From sequence record NC_010821.1: 64,000 nt of DNA; one strand, written 5' to 3'. A program made the translations under genes and the position numbers. Below the pieces are notes generated by a model. That model was not told the origin of the DNA, did not search any database, and saw only the letters and a list, made by a program, of their open reading frames with translations. Every line of letters begins with the position of its first letter. Within the stretch, counting starts at the first letter, position 1. Shown here one piece after another: positions 19,957 through 29,178 of this stretch.

Positions 19957-20778
19957 ATGGCATTTAGAAATTTCGCTGGTGAAAAATATGGGAAACTGAC
20001 CGTATTGAGTCTATCCCATAAAGTTGAGAAAGGGGATCGTATTTGGGATTGTGAATGCGAGTGTGGAACTATTGTAAAACGAGCTGGTAGCACACTACTA
20101 AGATCAAATAATGCATCGTGTGGCTGTGACCGTTACAACAATCTAATTGGTACACGTTATGGTAGGCTACTGGCGTTGGGTCGAGTAACAAAAATTGGTG
20201 AACCTCTAAAATGGAAATGTCGCTGTGACTGTGGGGTAGTGTTAACTGTTCTGGCGACGTCCCTCAAGAGTGGTCGTACAAAGTCGTGTGGATGTCTTAG
20301 GGACGAAGCTACTTCAGTTCGAATGAAGACACATGGTAAGAGTAAGACCCCTGTGTGGCACGTTTGGGTAGCGATGTGTCAACGGTGTAGAACTGATGAG
20401 ACGGGTCACCCCGAATATGGTGGCAGGGGAATAAAAGTATGTGATGAATGGTTAAAGTCCTTCGAGGCGTTCTATGCACATGTCGGTGACAGACCAAAAG
20501 GGATGACAATAGACCGTATTGATGTAGATGGTGACTACGAACCGTCTAATGTCAGATGGGCTACTGTTTCTACGCAGAATATTAATCAGCGTACCCGTAA
20601 AGATAATTCTACGGGTGTGAAAGGTGTGAGTAAAAGATCGAATGGTAAGTATCAAGCCAAGCTAAACATTAATGGGAAGACAATCCTTCAGAAAGAATTT
20701 GACACCATTGATGAGGCTATCAAAGCAAGACAGTGTGCCGAGGAGGTCTACCATAAGCCATTGCTTGACGCAAAATAA
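19957..20778 (+). mobile_element. Free-standing HNH homing endonuclease with N-terminal Cys repeats and C-terminal AP2-like domain
   Basis: Two WxCxCxCG...SCGC repeats; YGGRGIKVCDEW...TIDRIDVDGDYEPSNVRWAT HNH region; NSTGVKGV...KYQA AP2-like tail. Confidence 0.9.
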
Positions 20779-20802
20779 ATTGAGGGACATTAGTCCCTCA
20801 AT
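20779..20802. terminator. Bidirectional terminator
   Basis: ATTGAGGGAC-atta-GTCCCTCAAT followed by T-rich tract. Confidence 0.85.
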
Positions 20803-20816
20803 ATACTTTTTTCTTT

Positions 20817-22061
20817 TTACTTTGTGTAATATGACTTACATAAAGTTCTAAGTGAAATGTAGAGATATAGTGCTGTCCTAACAGCCGCTATTTGCCCCGC
20901 GTGGCGTGAATTGGTTGCATTCTTTACGATGGCATCACCCATGTCACGAATCGTCAGCACGCGCACGTCAGACGTCTTGGGAGCCATTACCAATAACCGT
21001 AATCGGGTAACCAGATCTTTAAGGTCGTTTTGTCTTTGGACAGACGTTTTGATTGACTGCATGTATTCGAACGTGTATAACAAACATTCATCTACGAATT
21101 TAGTCAGGTCTTTAGAACGCGGCTGGTTAAAGTTACGAGCGATGAATTCTAATGAACTGATCAACATTGGTTCTGGTGCAGTGTGCATTGCACTCGAGAT
21201 AACAGACAGCAGCTCCGATTTAATAAGGTTCTCTTTAGACGTACAAATGAGATGAGCGTAAGAGATATAACTTCGGTAACCACTTGTTTTATCACGTAAG
21301 ACCATTTCACCGGCATCGGTTACCATCATGTCAGATGTAGTACGGATCGTCACACCGGAGTTCAGTACGGTAATGTACATGCCGTAGTATTTGTTAATTA
21401 ATTCACGTATCCTAGTCTGCGTGTCCGTTACTACACGTCGCATCCAATATTCTTCATCTACCCCAGGCTTATCATGCAGTAGTGGACCATAGATCGAATT
21501 AGGATCAATGATGCCTTCAGCTCGATCCTTTACAAGTTTACCCCAACTACCGATTGTCTTGATATCGAACTTGTAGTTGAGTTGTGCAAAGGTTGCTTCC
21601 ATTACTTCACGCCGCGCAGGGTACTTAAAACGTCGTACGAGCAACGATGTGATGTATTTGTAATGCAGTACTTGGAATGCGTGGCGGCACGCCTCATGCA
21701 CGGTTTTAAGCGGGATGTTAGTAGCCTTCATTAAACGTTGAGTAATGTAACCTGGAGTGTAGTTCATCACGTCTGATGCTACCTTCTGGTTCTTAGGATC
21801 AACGCCTTCGGCTCTTTGGAAGTCGTACTGAAGCATGTCTTCATCAACACCCAGTACGTCTTCAAACCAAAGCTCTCTGTCAGTGTCATAAAAATACACT
21901 GGGTTAACGCCCATCAGGACACCACCAAAGAAAGCAGAGTGGTCTTCGTTACGGTTCATGAATCGAATCGAATACTCGATGATTCGTTTGCATAGAGCTG
22001 CGTCGAATTTAACATCTTTGAAATGTTCATCTAGTACCTCCAGCATTGTTTGTTTAGCCAT
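20817..22061 (-). CDS. Conserved virion protein (phiKZ gp32-like)
   Basis: 414 aa; HSAFFGGVLMGV and TQTRIRELI motifs; synteny. Confidence 0.65.
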   Translation of the reverse strand: MAKQTMLEVLDEHFKDVKFDAALCKRIIEYSIRFMNRNEDHSAFFGGVLMGVNPVYFYDTDRELWFEDVLGVDEDMLQYDFQRAEGVDPKNQKVASDVMNYTPGYITQRLMKATNIPLKTVHEACRHAFQVLHYKYITSLLVRRFKYPARREVMEATFAQLNYKFDIKTIGSWGKLVKDRAEGIIDPNSIYGPLLHDKPGVDEEYWMRRVVTDTQTRIRELINKYYGMYITVLNSGVTIRTTSDMMVTDAGEMVLRDKTSGYRSYISYAHLICTSKENLIKSELLSVISSAMHTAPEPMLISSLEFIARNFNQPRSKDLTKFVDECLLYTFEYMQSIKTSVQRQNDLKDLVTRLRLLVMAPKTSDVRVLTIRDMGDAIVKNATNSRHAGQIAAVRTALYLYISLRTLCKSYYTK

Positions 22062-22106
22062 GGCTGTAGCCTCGTTTGATTAATCAGATGATAAGGCTGC
22101 TGAGTT

Positions 22107-22134
22107 ATTAGAACCCTTTTAAACGCTATATTAC
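22107..22134 (+). promoter_or_regulatory. Early promoter
   Basis: ATTAGAA at 22107 and TATATTAC at 22127. Confidence 0.8.
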
Positions 22135-22167
22135 ATTTGTGCAATATGTAGTTTAATGAGGTGATTT

Positions 22168-22269
22168 ATGTTTAAGAGTTTATTAGTTTGGTTTGGTTGC
22201 ATGGTGTTTCGCTCCATCCCCCTTTTATTGTTGCTCGAGATTATCGTCGCAGCATGGTTGATATTCTGA
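22168..22269 (+). CDS. 33-aa hydrophobic micropeptide
   Basis: Manual translation MFKSLLVWFGCMVFRSIPLLLLLEIIVAAWLIF; GAGGTG SD; first ORF after promoter. Confidence 0.6.
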   Translation: MFKSLLVWFGCMVFRSIPLLLLLEIIVAAWLIF

Positions 22270-22367
22270 TTTTATTTTAGTGATCAGAGGTGGTTGGGTT
22301 CGCCCAACCATCATTTATTTAAGCTGTCTGCAATACCCAGAAATTAACCTTAACTAAAGGACCTACT

Positions 22368-22670
22368 ATGAACGCTAATTACGAATACGCTACTGATTAT
22401 CTCTACGAACAAGAGATCGATAAACCTAGTGTCACTAAAGGTGAAGCTTTGGCTAAAACCTTCGACTCAGTTGACCTGCTGGAGAAAGATGTAATGCGCC
22501 GTGCCCGCTGCATCCTCGGGATGCGTGGTATCAAGAATCCTGATCGTGTTCGCTTGAACATGACTAGCACTAACCGTATCCGCGGGCTGACCTTCACTGA
22601 AGATCAGTTGGCTGACATCGCTCGTGAAGTTGCAAGCGATACCCAGTATTGGGACATCGAATACTTCTAA
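22368..22670 (+). CDS. Hypothetical protein
   Basis: AAAGGA SD; strong codon bias. Confidence 0.8.
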   Translation: MNANYEYATDYLYEQEIDKPSVTKGEALAKTFDSVDLLEKDVMRRARCILGMRGIKNPDRVRLNMTSTNRIRGLTFTEDQLADIAREVASDTQYWDIEYF

Positions 22671-22703
22671 CTGTAAAACTCAACTTAATTTAGAGGATCT
22701 AAA

Positions 22704-22952
22704 ATGGAACATCAAATCACTGGCGATGACCGTATCTACCTGAACACTGAGCTGGTCAATCCACCAATGTCCAATGGCGAACGTAAAAAGATCATGGCAC
22801 GCGAGCACAATCGCGCTTACGGGGCTGGTGAGCCAACTCGCCAAATCGAAACACTCGAGCAGTCTGTTCGTAGTATGGTCCAAGGTTTCCAAGAAGCCTT
22901 GGGTGTCCGACCTAAAGCCAAAAAAGAAAAGCGCTGGGGGAAGAAGAAATGA
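22704..22952 (+). CDS. Hypothetical protein with basic C-terminus
   Basis: GAGGA SD. Confidence 0.8.
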   Translation: MEHQITGDDRIYLNTELVNPPMSNGERKKIMAREHNRAYGAGEPTRQIETLEQSVRSMVQGFQEALGVRPKAKKEKRWGKKK

Positions 22953-23269
22953 TTTCTCCAGCTGGAATCATGCGGTTTGCCGAACTGGTTACTCTACTGG
23001 AAAAACTGGATACTCATAACGAGTTGACTCTAGCTCGTGAAGTTAAGTATCCTAACCAGAACTGGTTGGTTGTAAATCGTCGCACTGGTAAGGTGGTTAC
23101 TTTGGTAATCGACGATTTCAACTGCGAAGTGCATTACACCACTGGTAAACAAAAGTGGAAAACTCACGTCTACAGTTCTGAAAGAACTGGTGAATACATC
23201 ATCAAACATTTGAATGGTGAGCTTGCTCACATTTCCCCAACTCACTATGGTGAAGAGAATGATTGGTAG
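22949..23269 (+). CDS. Paralogue family B member
   Basis: SPAGIMRFAELVTLL, similar to 23259-23552. Confidence 0.8.
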   Translation: MISPAGIMRFAELVTLLEKLDTHNELTLAREVKYPNQNWLVVNRRTGKVVTLVIDDFNCEVHYTTGKQKWKTHVYSSERTGEYIIKHLNGELAHISPTHYGEENDW

Positions 23270-23552
23270 TCCTGGATTTCTGCGTCAAGCTGAATTGATC
23301 ACGTACCTCAATCAGAACACCGAGTACGAAGAACTCGAGTTCATTAAGCATGAATTCCTACCGGATCGCTGGTGTATCGGCAATACTGTTAAAGGACACT
23401 GGGTTCAGATTGCAGTGGTGCATGATGGAAAAGCCCTCGAAATCGATTACATGTTGGATGGACAAGGTCATCGTACCATGGCGGTATTCGATACCGAGAG
23501 CGTCGCCAAGCGGGCGTTGGCTTACCTGCGTGCTGAAACATCCTCGATCTAA
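23259..23552 (+). CDS. Paralogue family B member
   Basis: SPGFLRQAELITYL...IDYMLDG; ATG at 23259. Confidence 0.8.
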   Translation: MIGSPGFLRQAELITYLNQNTEYEELEFIKHEFLPDRWCIGNTVKGHWVQIAVVHDGKALEIDYMLDGQGHRTMAVFDTESVAKRALAYLRAETSSI

Positions 23553-23582
23553 ATCGACACAACTGTTACAGGAGTAACTAAA

Positions 23583-24155
23583 ATGGGTAATGCAACTATC
23601 TTCGCTAACGCATTTCGTGAATGTGGTATCGGTGGCAAGTTCAGTAAATTCCAGATCGTTCAATCCAACGACTGGTTTGAATTGATGGACATCGATAGTC
23701 TCGAAGATTCACGTTTCTGCTTCCGGGTCTATGATGGTTTAGATCCACGTAAGTTCCGTCAAGTTACAAGTGGTGTGGCGGCTAACTTGCATAAGCAAGA
23801 TCCACAGTGGCACACTCATTTTCAAACCGCGCAAAAGGTGGTTGCTAAGATTGTTAGCCGTGATCCAAAACATGGCGAGAATCGTTATTACATCGATGAC
23901 CTCAACGGGTCGGTGATTGTAATCAACCGCATGTTCGTCATTGAGGTTACACCAGTACTGCGTCAAGTACCGGAGATCCCTACCAATGCCGTACTTGAGT
24001 TCCTTTCACTGTATTCCAAGACTGATATCACTGAGGCCAATAAAATCAAAGTCTTCAGTCGTTACGGTCAAGTCATGGTGTGCGTGGATGGATGTCAGCA
24101 ATTTAACTCTCTACTAACTGAAGAAGACTTCAACGAACAATACTGCGAGGCGTAA
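23583..24155 (+). CDS. Hypothetical protein
   Basis: AGGAG SD. Confidence 0.8.
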   Translation: MGNATIFANAFRECGIGGKFSKFQIVQSNDWFELMDIDSLEDSRFCFRVYDGLDPRKFRQVTSGVAANLHKQDPQWHTHFQTAQKVVAKIVSRDPKHGENRYYIDDLNGSVIVINRMFVIEVTPVLRQVPEIPTNAVLEFLSLYSKTDITEANKIKVFSRYGQVMVCVDGCQQFNSLLTEEDFNEQYCEA

Positions 24156-24538
24156 TGAAACACGACGTACAGGAAGTGACAACGCAAACCGTATTAGACT
24201 ACATCACTTTGAACCGTGAAGAAAGTGATGCGCCATGGGTCCAGTCAGTTATGGATTCCAAAACAGTCAAGATGTTGTTGTGTAACGGTGAGTATGCACG
24301 GCAACGTAAAGCGTATGGGATGTTCTTGGGTGGGACCATGATCGGTTACGCTGTAGTACATCGACCATCTGAAACACTGGACCTCCTGCACATCGCAGAA
24401 GACTTCCGTGAGATGGGCTATGCCAAAGCATTCCTTAGGGAACTCGATATCACTGCGGTGGCTGTAGATCCACGTAATACCCGCGCAATTAATCTTTATA
24501 CCGATCTCGGTTACGAATTAGATTTCATTGAGGAGTAA
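24155..24538 (+). CDS. GNAT-family acetyltransferase
   Basis: LLHIAEDFREMGYAKAFL (motif A) and VDPRNTRAINLYTDLGY (motif B). Confidence 0.85.
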   Translation: MKHDVQEVTTQTVLDYITLNREESDAPWVQSVMDSKTVKMLLCNGEYARQRKAYGMFLGGTMIGYAVVHRPSETLDLLHIAEDFREMGYAKAFLRELDITAVAVDPRNTRAINLYTDLGYELDFIEE

Positions 24539-24542
24539 AAAT

Positions 24543-24854
24543 ATGTCGCGTTTTCTGTTTAATCCAGCTGTAGAAATGACCGCTGAGTTGTTTAAGTGGT
24601 TCCAGATGACTCAACCACTAAATGGCTCAGTGAGTGAGCCACGGGTACTGGTTCGCCAAACATCAAGGGGCCTGCTCTTCACTAAGATCAGCACCGGTAA
24701 GTCCCTCGAGGTGGTGTATAAAAACAGCACTTATGTCACACTTACGCCAGGTTTTAATGGCGTTGAGAATCTGAGTGACGAACAGCATATCGAAATCGAG
24801 CCTGGTTATATCGATCGAGTCGGTGAAACTATTGTTAAATACTTCGAGGCCTAA
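24543..24854 (+). CDS. Paralogue family B-like protein
   Basis: NPAVEMTAELF...GETIVKYF; GAGGAG SD. Confidence 0.75.
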   Translation: MSRFLFNPAVEMTAELFKWFQMTQPLNGSVSEPRVLVRQTSRGLLFTKISTGKSLEVVYKNSTYVTLTPGFNGVENLSDEQHIEIEPGYIDRVGETIVKYFEA

Positions 24855-24856
24855 AC

Positions 24857-25231
24857 ATGAACTACTTTCTAAGTCCAGATCGTCGCATGTGTCAGGAAGA
24901 CGAATTCCTGCAAGTACTACGTAACTCACTGGAATTGATCGGTGTGGGTGTAGCAGCTAACTACATCGAAGTCTCTCGTACTGCTGAAGGACTGGTGTTT
25001 ACACTGGGTGCTCGACAAGTAACGTTCTACCAACCAGTCGATGATGACAACTTCTGGTTGAAGTTGACTCGTGGTACCAAAGGTCGCACTGACACTCACT
25101 TCGAAGATAAAGAACATATCGACGCGGTGAACATTACACTGAACTGGTTGATCCATCAAGAGTTCTCCATTGATAACCACATCGAACTCACTGCACGTCT
25201 GGCTAAGGAGGCTAACAAATATGCTGAATAG
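24857..25231 (+). CDS. Hypothetical protein (possible family B)
   Basis: MNYFLSP N-terminus; GAGG SD. Confidence 0.75.
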   Translation: MNYFLSPDRRMCQEDEFLQVLRNSLELIGVGVAANYIEVSRTAEGLVFTLGARQVTFYQPVDDDNFWLKLTRGTKGRTDTHFEDKEHIDAVNITLNWLIHQEFSIDNHIELTARLAKEANKYAE

Positions 25232-25586
25232 TTCGTTGTTGATGTCTCCGGCTATGACGAGTGAGTTTCTACTCATTCGAGAAGTCGAAGCTCGATTGTA
25301 TTCACTTCGTTCAACCAAGCATGGTATTGATTTCAATATCCATCTTGAAACGGAACGTGGTTTTCAGGTCTATCGTTCAGGTATCCGACGGGTAAATGTA
25401 CTGGTAACTGACAACGGTAAATTCGCTATCGATTATTTGGTCGATGGCGTGTTTCACCCTAACGATGGATCTTACGCCACTCAAACCCACCAGTTCGGCG
25501 AAGCCCATTTGCTCGCCGAGGAAATCGTAGAGTTCTTTCACGAACTACACCGCTCTAAAAACCCAGGGGTTCAAAATGTCCGATAA
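25221..25586 (+). CDS. Paralogue family B-like protein
   Basis: MSPAM...IDYLVDG...AEEIVEFF; AAGGAGG SD. Confidence 0.75.
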   Translation: MLNSSLLMSPAMTSEFLLIREVEARLYSLRSTKHGIDFNIHLETERGFQVYRSGIRRVNVLVTDNGKFAIDYLVDGVFHPNDGSYATQTHQFGEAHLLAEEIVEFFHELHRSKNPGVQNVR

Positions 25587-25953
25587 AGATTACAAGTCAG
25601 TTGACATCGCAGTACAGATCAGTTCGTCTCTGGAAACTCTGGCGCTGTATCAGGACTTCAAAGAACGTAAGTGGTCGTATGAACAAGACCGGAGTGGTCC
25701 GTTACTAACCATCGGTAACTTCGGTGGTCGTCCGATCTGCATTGCGCCACTGATTCATCGGATCGGTGGTCTGAATGTGATGTATGTCGAAGCCACCAGT
25801 CCTCTGATCGATTGGGACTTCATCGATAACTGGATTCGTGAAGTTACAGGCAAGCCTGATATTCGTATCCAGAGTGATCCAATCAACCTGGGTAGTCGAA
25901 TCAGTAGCCTGTTGTGGGAACGTCATAAAGACGTACCTACTACACCGCTGTAA
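25576..25953 (+). CDS. Conserved phage hypothetical protein
   Basis: W.Q...G.LLTIGNFGGRPICI...V.YVEATS.LIDW pattern. Confidence 0.75.
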   Translation: MSDKDYKSVDIAVQISSSLETLALYQDFKERKWSYEQDRSGPLLTIGNFGGRPICIAPLIHRIGGLNVMYVEATSPLIDWDFIDNWIREVTGKPDIRIQSDPINLGSRISSLLWERHKDVPTTPL

Positions 25954-25959
25954 GAAATA

Positions 25960-25983
25960 GACCCCCACCTTCGGGTGGGGGTC
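25960..25983 (+). terminator. Terminator
   Basis: GACCCCCACC-ttcg-GGTGGGGGTC followed by T-rich tract. Confidence 0.9.
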
Positions 25984-26035
25984 CTTACTTTTTCTTTTTG
26001 CTTATCGTATAGGTAATCCAAGAAGGAAGCCTAGA

Positions 26036-26335
26036 ATGGGTAAGCTAGTCAAACAAAAGAGTATCAAGATTCTTGAGGTCCTAATGGATCAGGTTGACAT
26101 TGAGCTATTTCATATTCCATTCGATCTCAAATGTTTTATCGATGACACTGGCTTGATAATGCAAAGACCTGATAGATGTGGTCGTTTGAGAATCTATCCG
26201 AAAGATGCTGACAGGATCGTAGTGGAAACTACAGTTGGCATAAACTTCAGGGTATTGGGATTTGACGTTAAGACCATAGCTGAACGTGCAGAAGTTAGTC
26301 GGTGGGTTGTTTCTCACTTTATGGATAATGACTAG
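26036..26335 (+). CDS. Hypothetical protein
   Basis: ORF track; bounded by two terminators. Confidence 0.7.
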   Translation: MGKLVKQKSIKILEVLMDQVDIELFHIPFDLKCFIDDTGLIMQRPDRCGRLRIYPKDADRIVVETTVGINFRVLGFDVKTIAERAEVSRWVVSHFMDND

Positions 26336-26358
26336 ATAAGGACTATCTAAATTTAATC

Positions 26359-26378
26359 GCCTCTCCGAAAGGGGAGGC
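26359..26378 (+). terminator. Terminator
   Basis: GCCTCTCC-gaaa-GGGGAGGC then TTATGCCG. Confidence 0.8.
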
Positions 26379-26420
26379 CTTATGCCGTATCATGTGTACT
26401 CCTTATAGCTAGAGGTCATC

Positions 26421-27242
26421 ATGAGCTGCTGTACTCCTAGAGAAAAACCAGATTCCAATATCCCGTTTGAACAAATGGGTTGTCCTTGTGACACTTGGGC
26501 ACACTTGAAAGATATGTTTGTGTATCTGAAAGACGAGCGTGCCGGCGTGGTGCCATGTGTACCATCACAATTTACCGTACAGTGGAGTTTCATCGATGCG
26601 ATGACTTACATGTATTCGGTTACTGATGTACTAACCGGTGAGGTTATTGAATACAGTGTAGCTAAAGACTTCACTAAAGAATCCCCTCTGGAAGCTTTTG
26701 AGCGTGATTGGCGTACAAGGGAGCTCATGTATAACCGTGGAGTCGTTTGTGCTTTAAACGATCTCCTAGAGGCCATGGAAGACCTCAATCCCAATGTACA
26801 GTACAAGCTGGAACGTAAAGTCGGTCAAGGTTACTTGATTCACAAACCCATCGAACGTGAATTAGGTGTCGTGGTGTTTAAAGTCGAGTACCATGTCGTC
26901 GATCTGACTGAACGTCTAGATGGTCCAGAGCACTTTAAAGAACTTTATCCTGATAACAAGATTGTATTCCCTCAAGAACTTATTAGTGAAGTTGCATACG
27001 GCACTAATGTTCTGGTTCGTCGCTTTCGTAAGATCGGTGTCAGGTGGGAAGGAATCGTTTGTGAAAAGGTTAAAGACTTTGAACGGTTCTCGGTAATTGG
27101 TTTCAGCTATCGTGACCATGATACTGTGAACGTAGTTAAGATCAGTTATCAAGACATGGATCTTAATGACCCAACCCTCAGAACCTACCACGAATACTAC
27201 ACTAAACAAGGTCCACAAAATGGCTATTTCCACTGCAAGTAA
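26421..27242 (+). CDS. Hypothetical protein
   Basis: 273 aa; GAGG SD; Cys-containing N-terminus. Confidence 0.8.
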   Translation: MSCCTPREKPDSNIPFEQMGCPCDTWAHLKDMFVYLKDERAGVVPCVPSQFTVQWSFIDAMTYMYSVTDVLTGEVIEYSVAKDFTKESPLEAFERDWRTRELMYNRGVVCALNDLLEAMEDLNPNVQYKLERKVGQGYLIHKPIERELGVVVFKVEYHVVDLTERLDGPEHFKELYPDNKIVFPQELISEVAYGTNVLVRRFRKIGVRWEGIVCEKVKDFERFSVIGFSYRDHDTVNVVKISYQDMDLNDPTLRTYHEYYTKQGPQNGYFHCK

Positions 27243-27567
27243 ATATGAGTTCGATATTGTCGCTACGGCTACGACTCTAAAGATTCCACCTAACGTACTT
27301 AAGATAATCATCCAGAAGCTTTTTAACATGCAAGGCTGGCGTTTGATTCCAGATACCGTTAGCTTTGTTGAGGTGGCTAAGGCTTTTACCGGTACAGCGG
27401 CTCCTGTAGGCCCCGTACTGATTAATGGTGAGGGAACTCTGACCATTGGTGTCCGTCAAGGTCAAGGTACCAACAAAGCGACTACGCAAGCTTACATCTG
27501 CAAAGCCGCTAAGACCGTATTTGATCTGAGTCCATGGGTAGCTACCATGGATGCTAGTTTGAAGTGA
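27220..27567 (+). CDS. Small hypothetical (possibly virion) protein
   Basis: ATG at 27220 preferred; A/T/G/V-rich. Confidence 0.7.
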   Translation: MAISTASKYEFDIVATATTLKIPPNVLKIIIQKLFNMQGWRLIPDTVSFVEVAKAFTGTAAPVGPVLINGEGTLTIGVRQGQGTNKATTQAYICKAAKTVFDLSPWVATMDASLK

Positions 27568-27574
27568 CATAAGA

Positions 27575-27594
27575 CCCCTCCTTCACGGGAGGGG
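27575..27594 (+). terminator. Terminator
   Basis: CCCCTCC-ttcacg-GGAGGGG. Confidence 0.85.
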
Positions 27595-27626
27595 CTTTAT
27601 TTCGTTAACTCAATTTATTTGAGATT

Positions 27627-27634
27627 TATATCAT
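27627..27634 (+). promoter_or_regulatory. TATATCAT promoter variant
   Basis: Lies in TTTATTTGAGATTTATAT, an 18-mer (27614) identical to the one at the TATATTAC promoter at 51861. Confidence 0.6.
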
Positions 27635-27667
27635 GACTGGGTAATCTAAACCACTGAGGCTATAACG

Positions 27668-27943
27668 ATGACTACTGTAAACAAATTGTGGCGTAAGGCT
27701 CAAAAGAAAAAGCAACGTGACGCTGATAAGAAAAACCGCGGGCACTTAGTAGCGCAACACAACCTTACATTCGACCATCAGAAAGTAGTTGAAGCTGAGC
27801 AGGCTAATCAATTCAAGATTCAACAAGCTGGTGCTTGGGGTAGTCCATTCAAAGGTGAAGTCGACATCAAGGCACCCTCACTAGGTGAGATGTTCATGTT
27901 ACCTGAATCTAAACAATCAGTGGTTCTACCTAAAGGGGTATGA
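27668..27943 (+). CDS. Hypothetical protein with basic N-terminus
   Basis: GAGG SD. Confidence 0.75.
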   Translation: MTTVNKLWRKAQKKKQRDADKKNRGHLVAQHNLTFDHQKVVEAEQANQFKIQQAGAWGSPFKGEVDIKAPSLGEMFMLPESKQSVVLPKGV

Positions 27944-27984
27944 GTCGATGCAGGGTAAACTGCTTTCTAAATACTGAGGTTAAT

Positions 27985-28353
27985 ATGCAAGAAGATGACT
28001 CACGCGGTAGCACGATTAGCTTTGGTCAAATGAACTTGATGCCGGCCATTACAGTCCACGGTCGTGATTACGGGGTTGCCTACGAGAACATGACTGAAGA
28101 ACACCTTAAGGGTATTCCTGTACGTATCGAGGGTCGTACTATCGGGTATGTTGAATCCCTTAAAGACGGTACGGTGACGCTCAAGCTGAATGAAGGTGAA
28201 ACCCTAGACCTTGCACCTGAACCACAAGCAACATTCTCTATTGGCAACACAGCTATGATGGGTAAAGATCTCGAAGTGGCCCTGTTGGATAATGTCGATC
28301 AAGTGTTTAAAGCGGCACTGAATTTGGAGGTTGGTAATGAGTCGAGTAAGTAA
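27985..28353 (+). CDS. Hypothetical protein
   Basis: GAGGT SD before ATG 27985. Confidence 0.75.
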   Translation: MQEDDSRGSTISFGQMNLMPAITVHGRDYGVAYENMTEEHLKGIPVRIEGRTIGYVESLKDGTVTLKLNEGETLDLAPEPQATFSIGNTAMMGKDLEVALLDNVDQVFKAALNLEVGNESSK

Positions 28354-28603
28354 AGGTAAAGTAACTTATCTAAAACGTCTGTACAGAATCATTCAGTTTA
28401 AGCGGATCTTCGGTGACGTAACTGAGGAGCAAAAACAAGCATGGGATCGTTGGGTAGATGCGCCGAAAAATAAAGGCCCCACATTCCCAGTTAAGTTCCA
28501 AGTACAGGATCTATCATCGGTACTACATGAACCAGTTGATCAACTACCAATGAAAACGCTCTTTACTGAAAAAGGACCTACCAATGGACCAGTCATCTAC
28601 TGA
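28337..28603 (+). CDS. Hypothetical protein
   Basis: GGAGG SD before ATG 28337. Confidence 0.75.
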   Translation: MSRVSKGKVTYLKRLYRIIQFKRIFGDVTEEQKQAWDRWVDAPKNKGPTFPVKFQVQDLSSVLHEPVDQLPMKTLFTEKGPTNGPVIY

Positions 28604-29003
28604 ACTACTCGTAAAAGAAATGGCAAAGAAAGGTTTCTACGTGGGTGAGCGTCGTCCTAGCGATGATGTCGACCTTGAGGTGTTTGTGACGATTACCCGT
28701 CCATCTCCATCAGCAGAGTATCTTGGATTCAAGCGAACCAAGCCTCGTCCTGCCAATATTGACAGTGACCAATATTTCGAAGTCCAGCCGGTAGTCAAGG
28801 TAGTTAGACGTGCCGGTACCGGGGACCATATGGTTCTGGCTACTAATCCGATAACTGGGCTGGGTGATATCGAGATGGATACCATGATCGGTAATGGTGG
28901 TCGTGCCGAACGACGTATGGGTAAACATGGTAACCTGTCTTCTGCCAAACACGGTGTTGATGGCGGATGGGTCCCGCCGCTGCCGGTAATTAATCGTAGT
29001 TAA
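28584..29003 (+). CDS. Hypothetical protein
   Basis: AAAGGA SD. Confidence 0.75.
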   Translation: MDQSSTELLVKEMAKKGFYVGERRPSDDVDLEVFVTITRPSPSAEYLGFKRTKPRPANIDSDQYFEVQPVVKVVRRAGTGDHMVLATNPITGLGDIEMDTMIGNGGRAERRMGKHGNLSSAKHGVDGGWVPPLPVINRS

Positions 29004-29178
29004 AAGCAATTAGCTTTAATCGATTAGATTTATCTAATCTTAATTTGTTTATTTCTTAAATGTTTTTAGTATAATAAATAGTAATATTATGAGGGGGGTG
29101 CCTCGGTGGCCCCCGAATAATATTTCATTATTCTTAGTATAGCGTAAGCTATGCTAAATATGCCCTCAAGAGGTCTGT

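Noticed and set aside
29045-29075. Host sigma70 promoter (TTGTTT...TATAAT)
   Set aside because: The spacing of 19 nt is suboptimal and matches are expected by chance in such AT-rich DNA; these phages are known to transcribe largely independently of host RNAP
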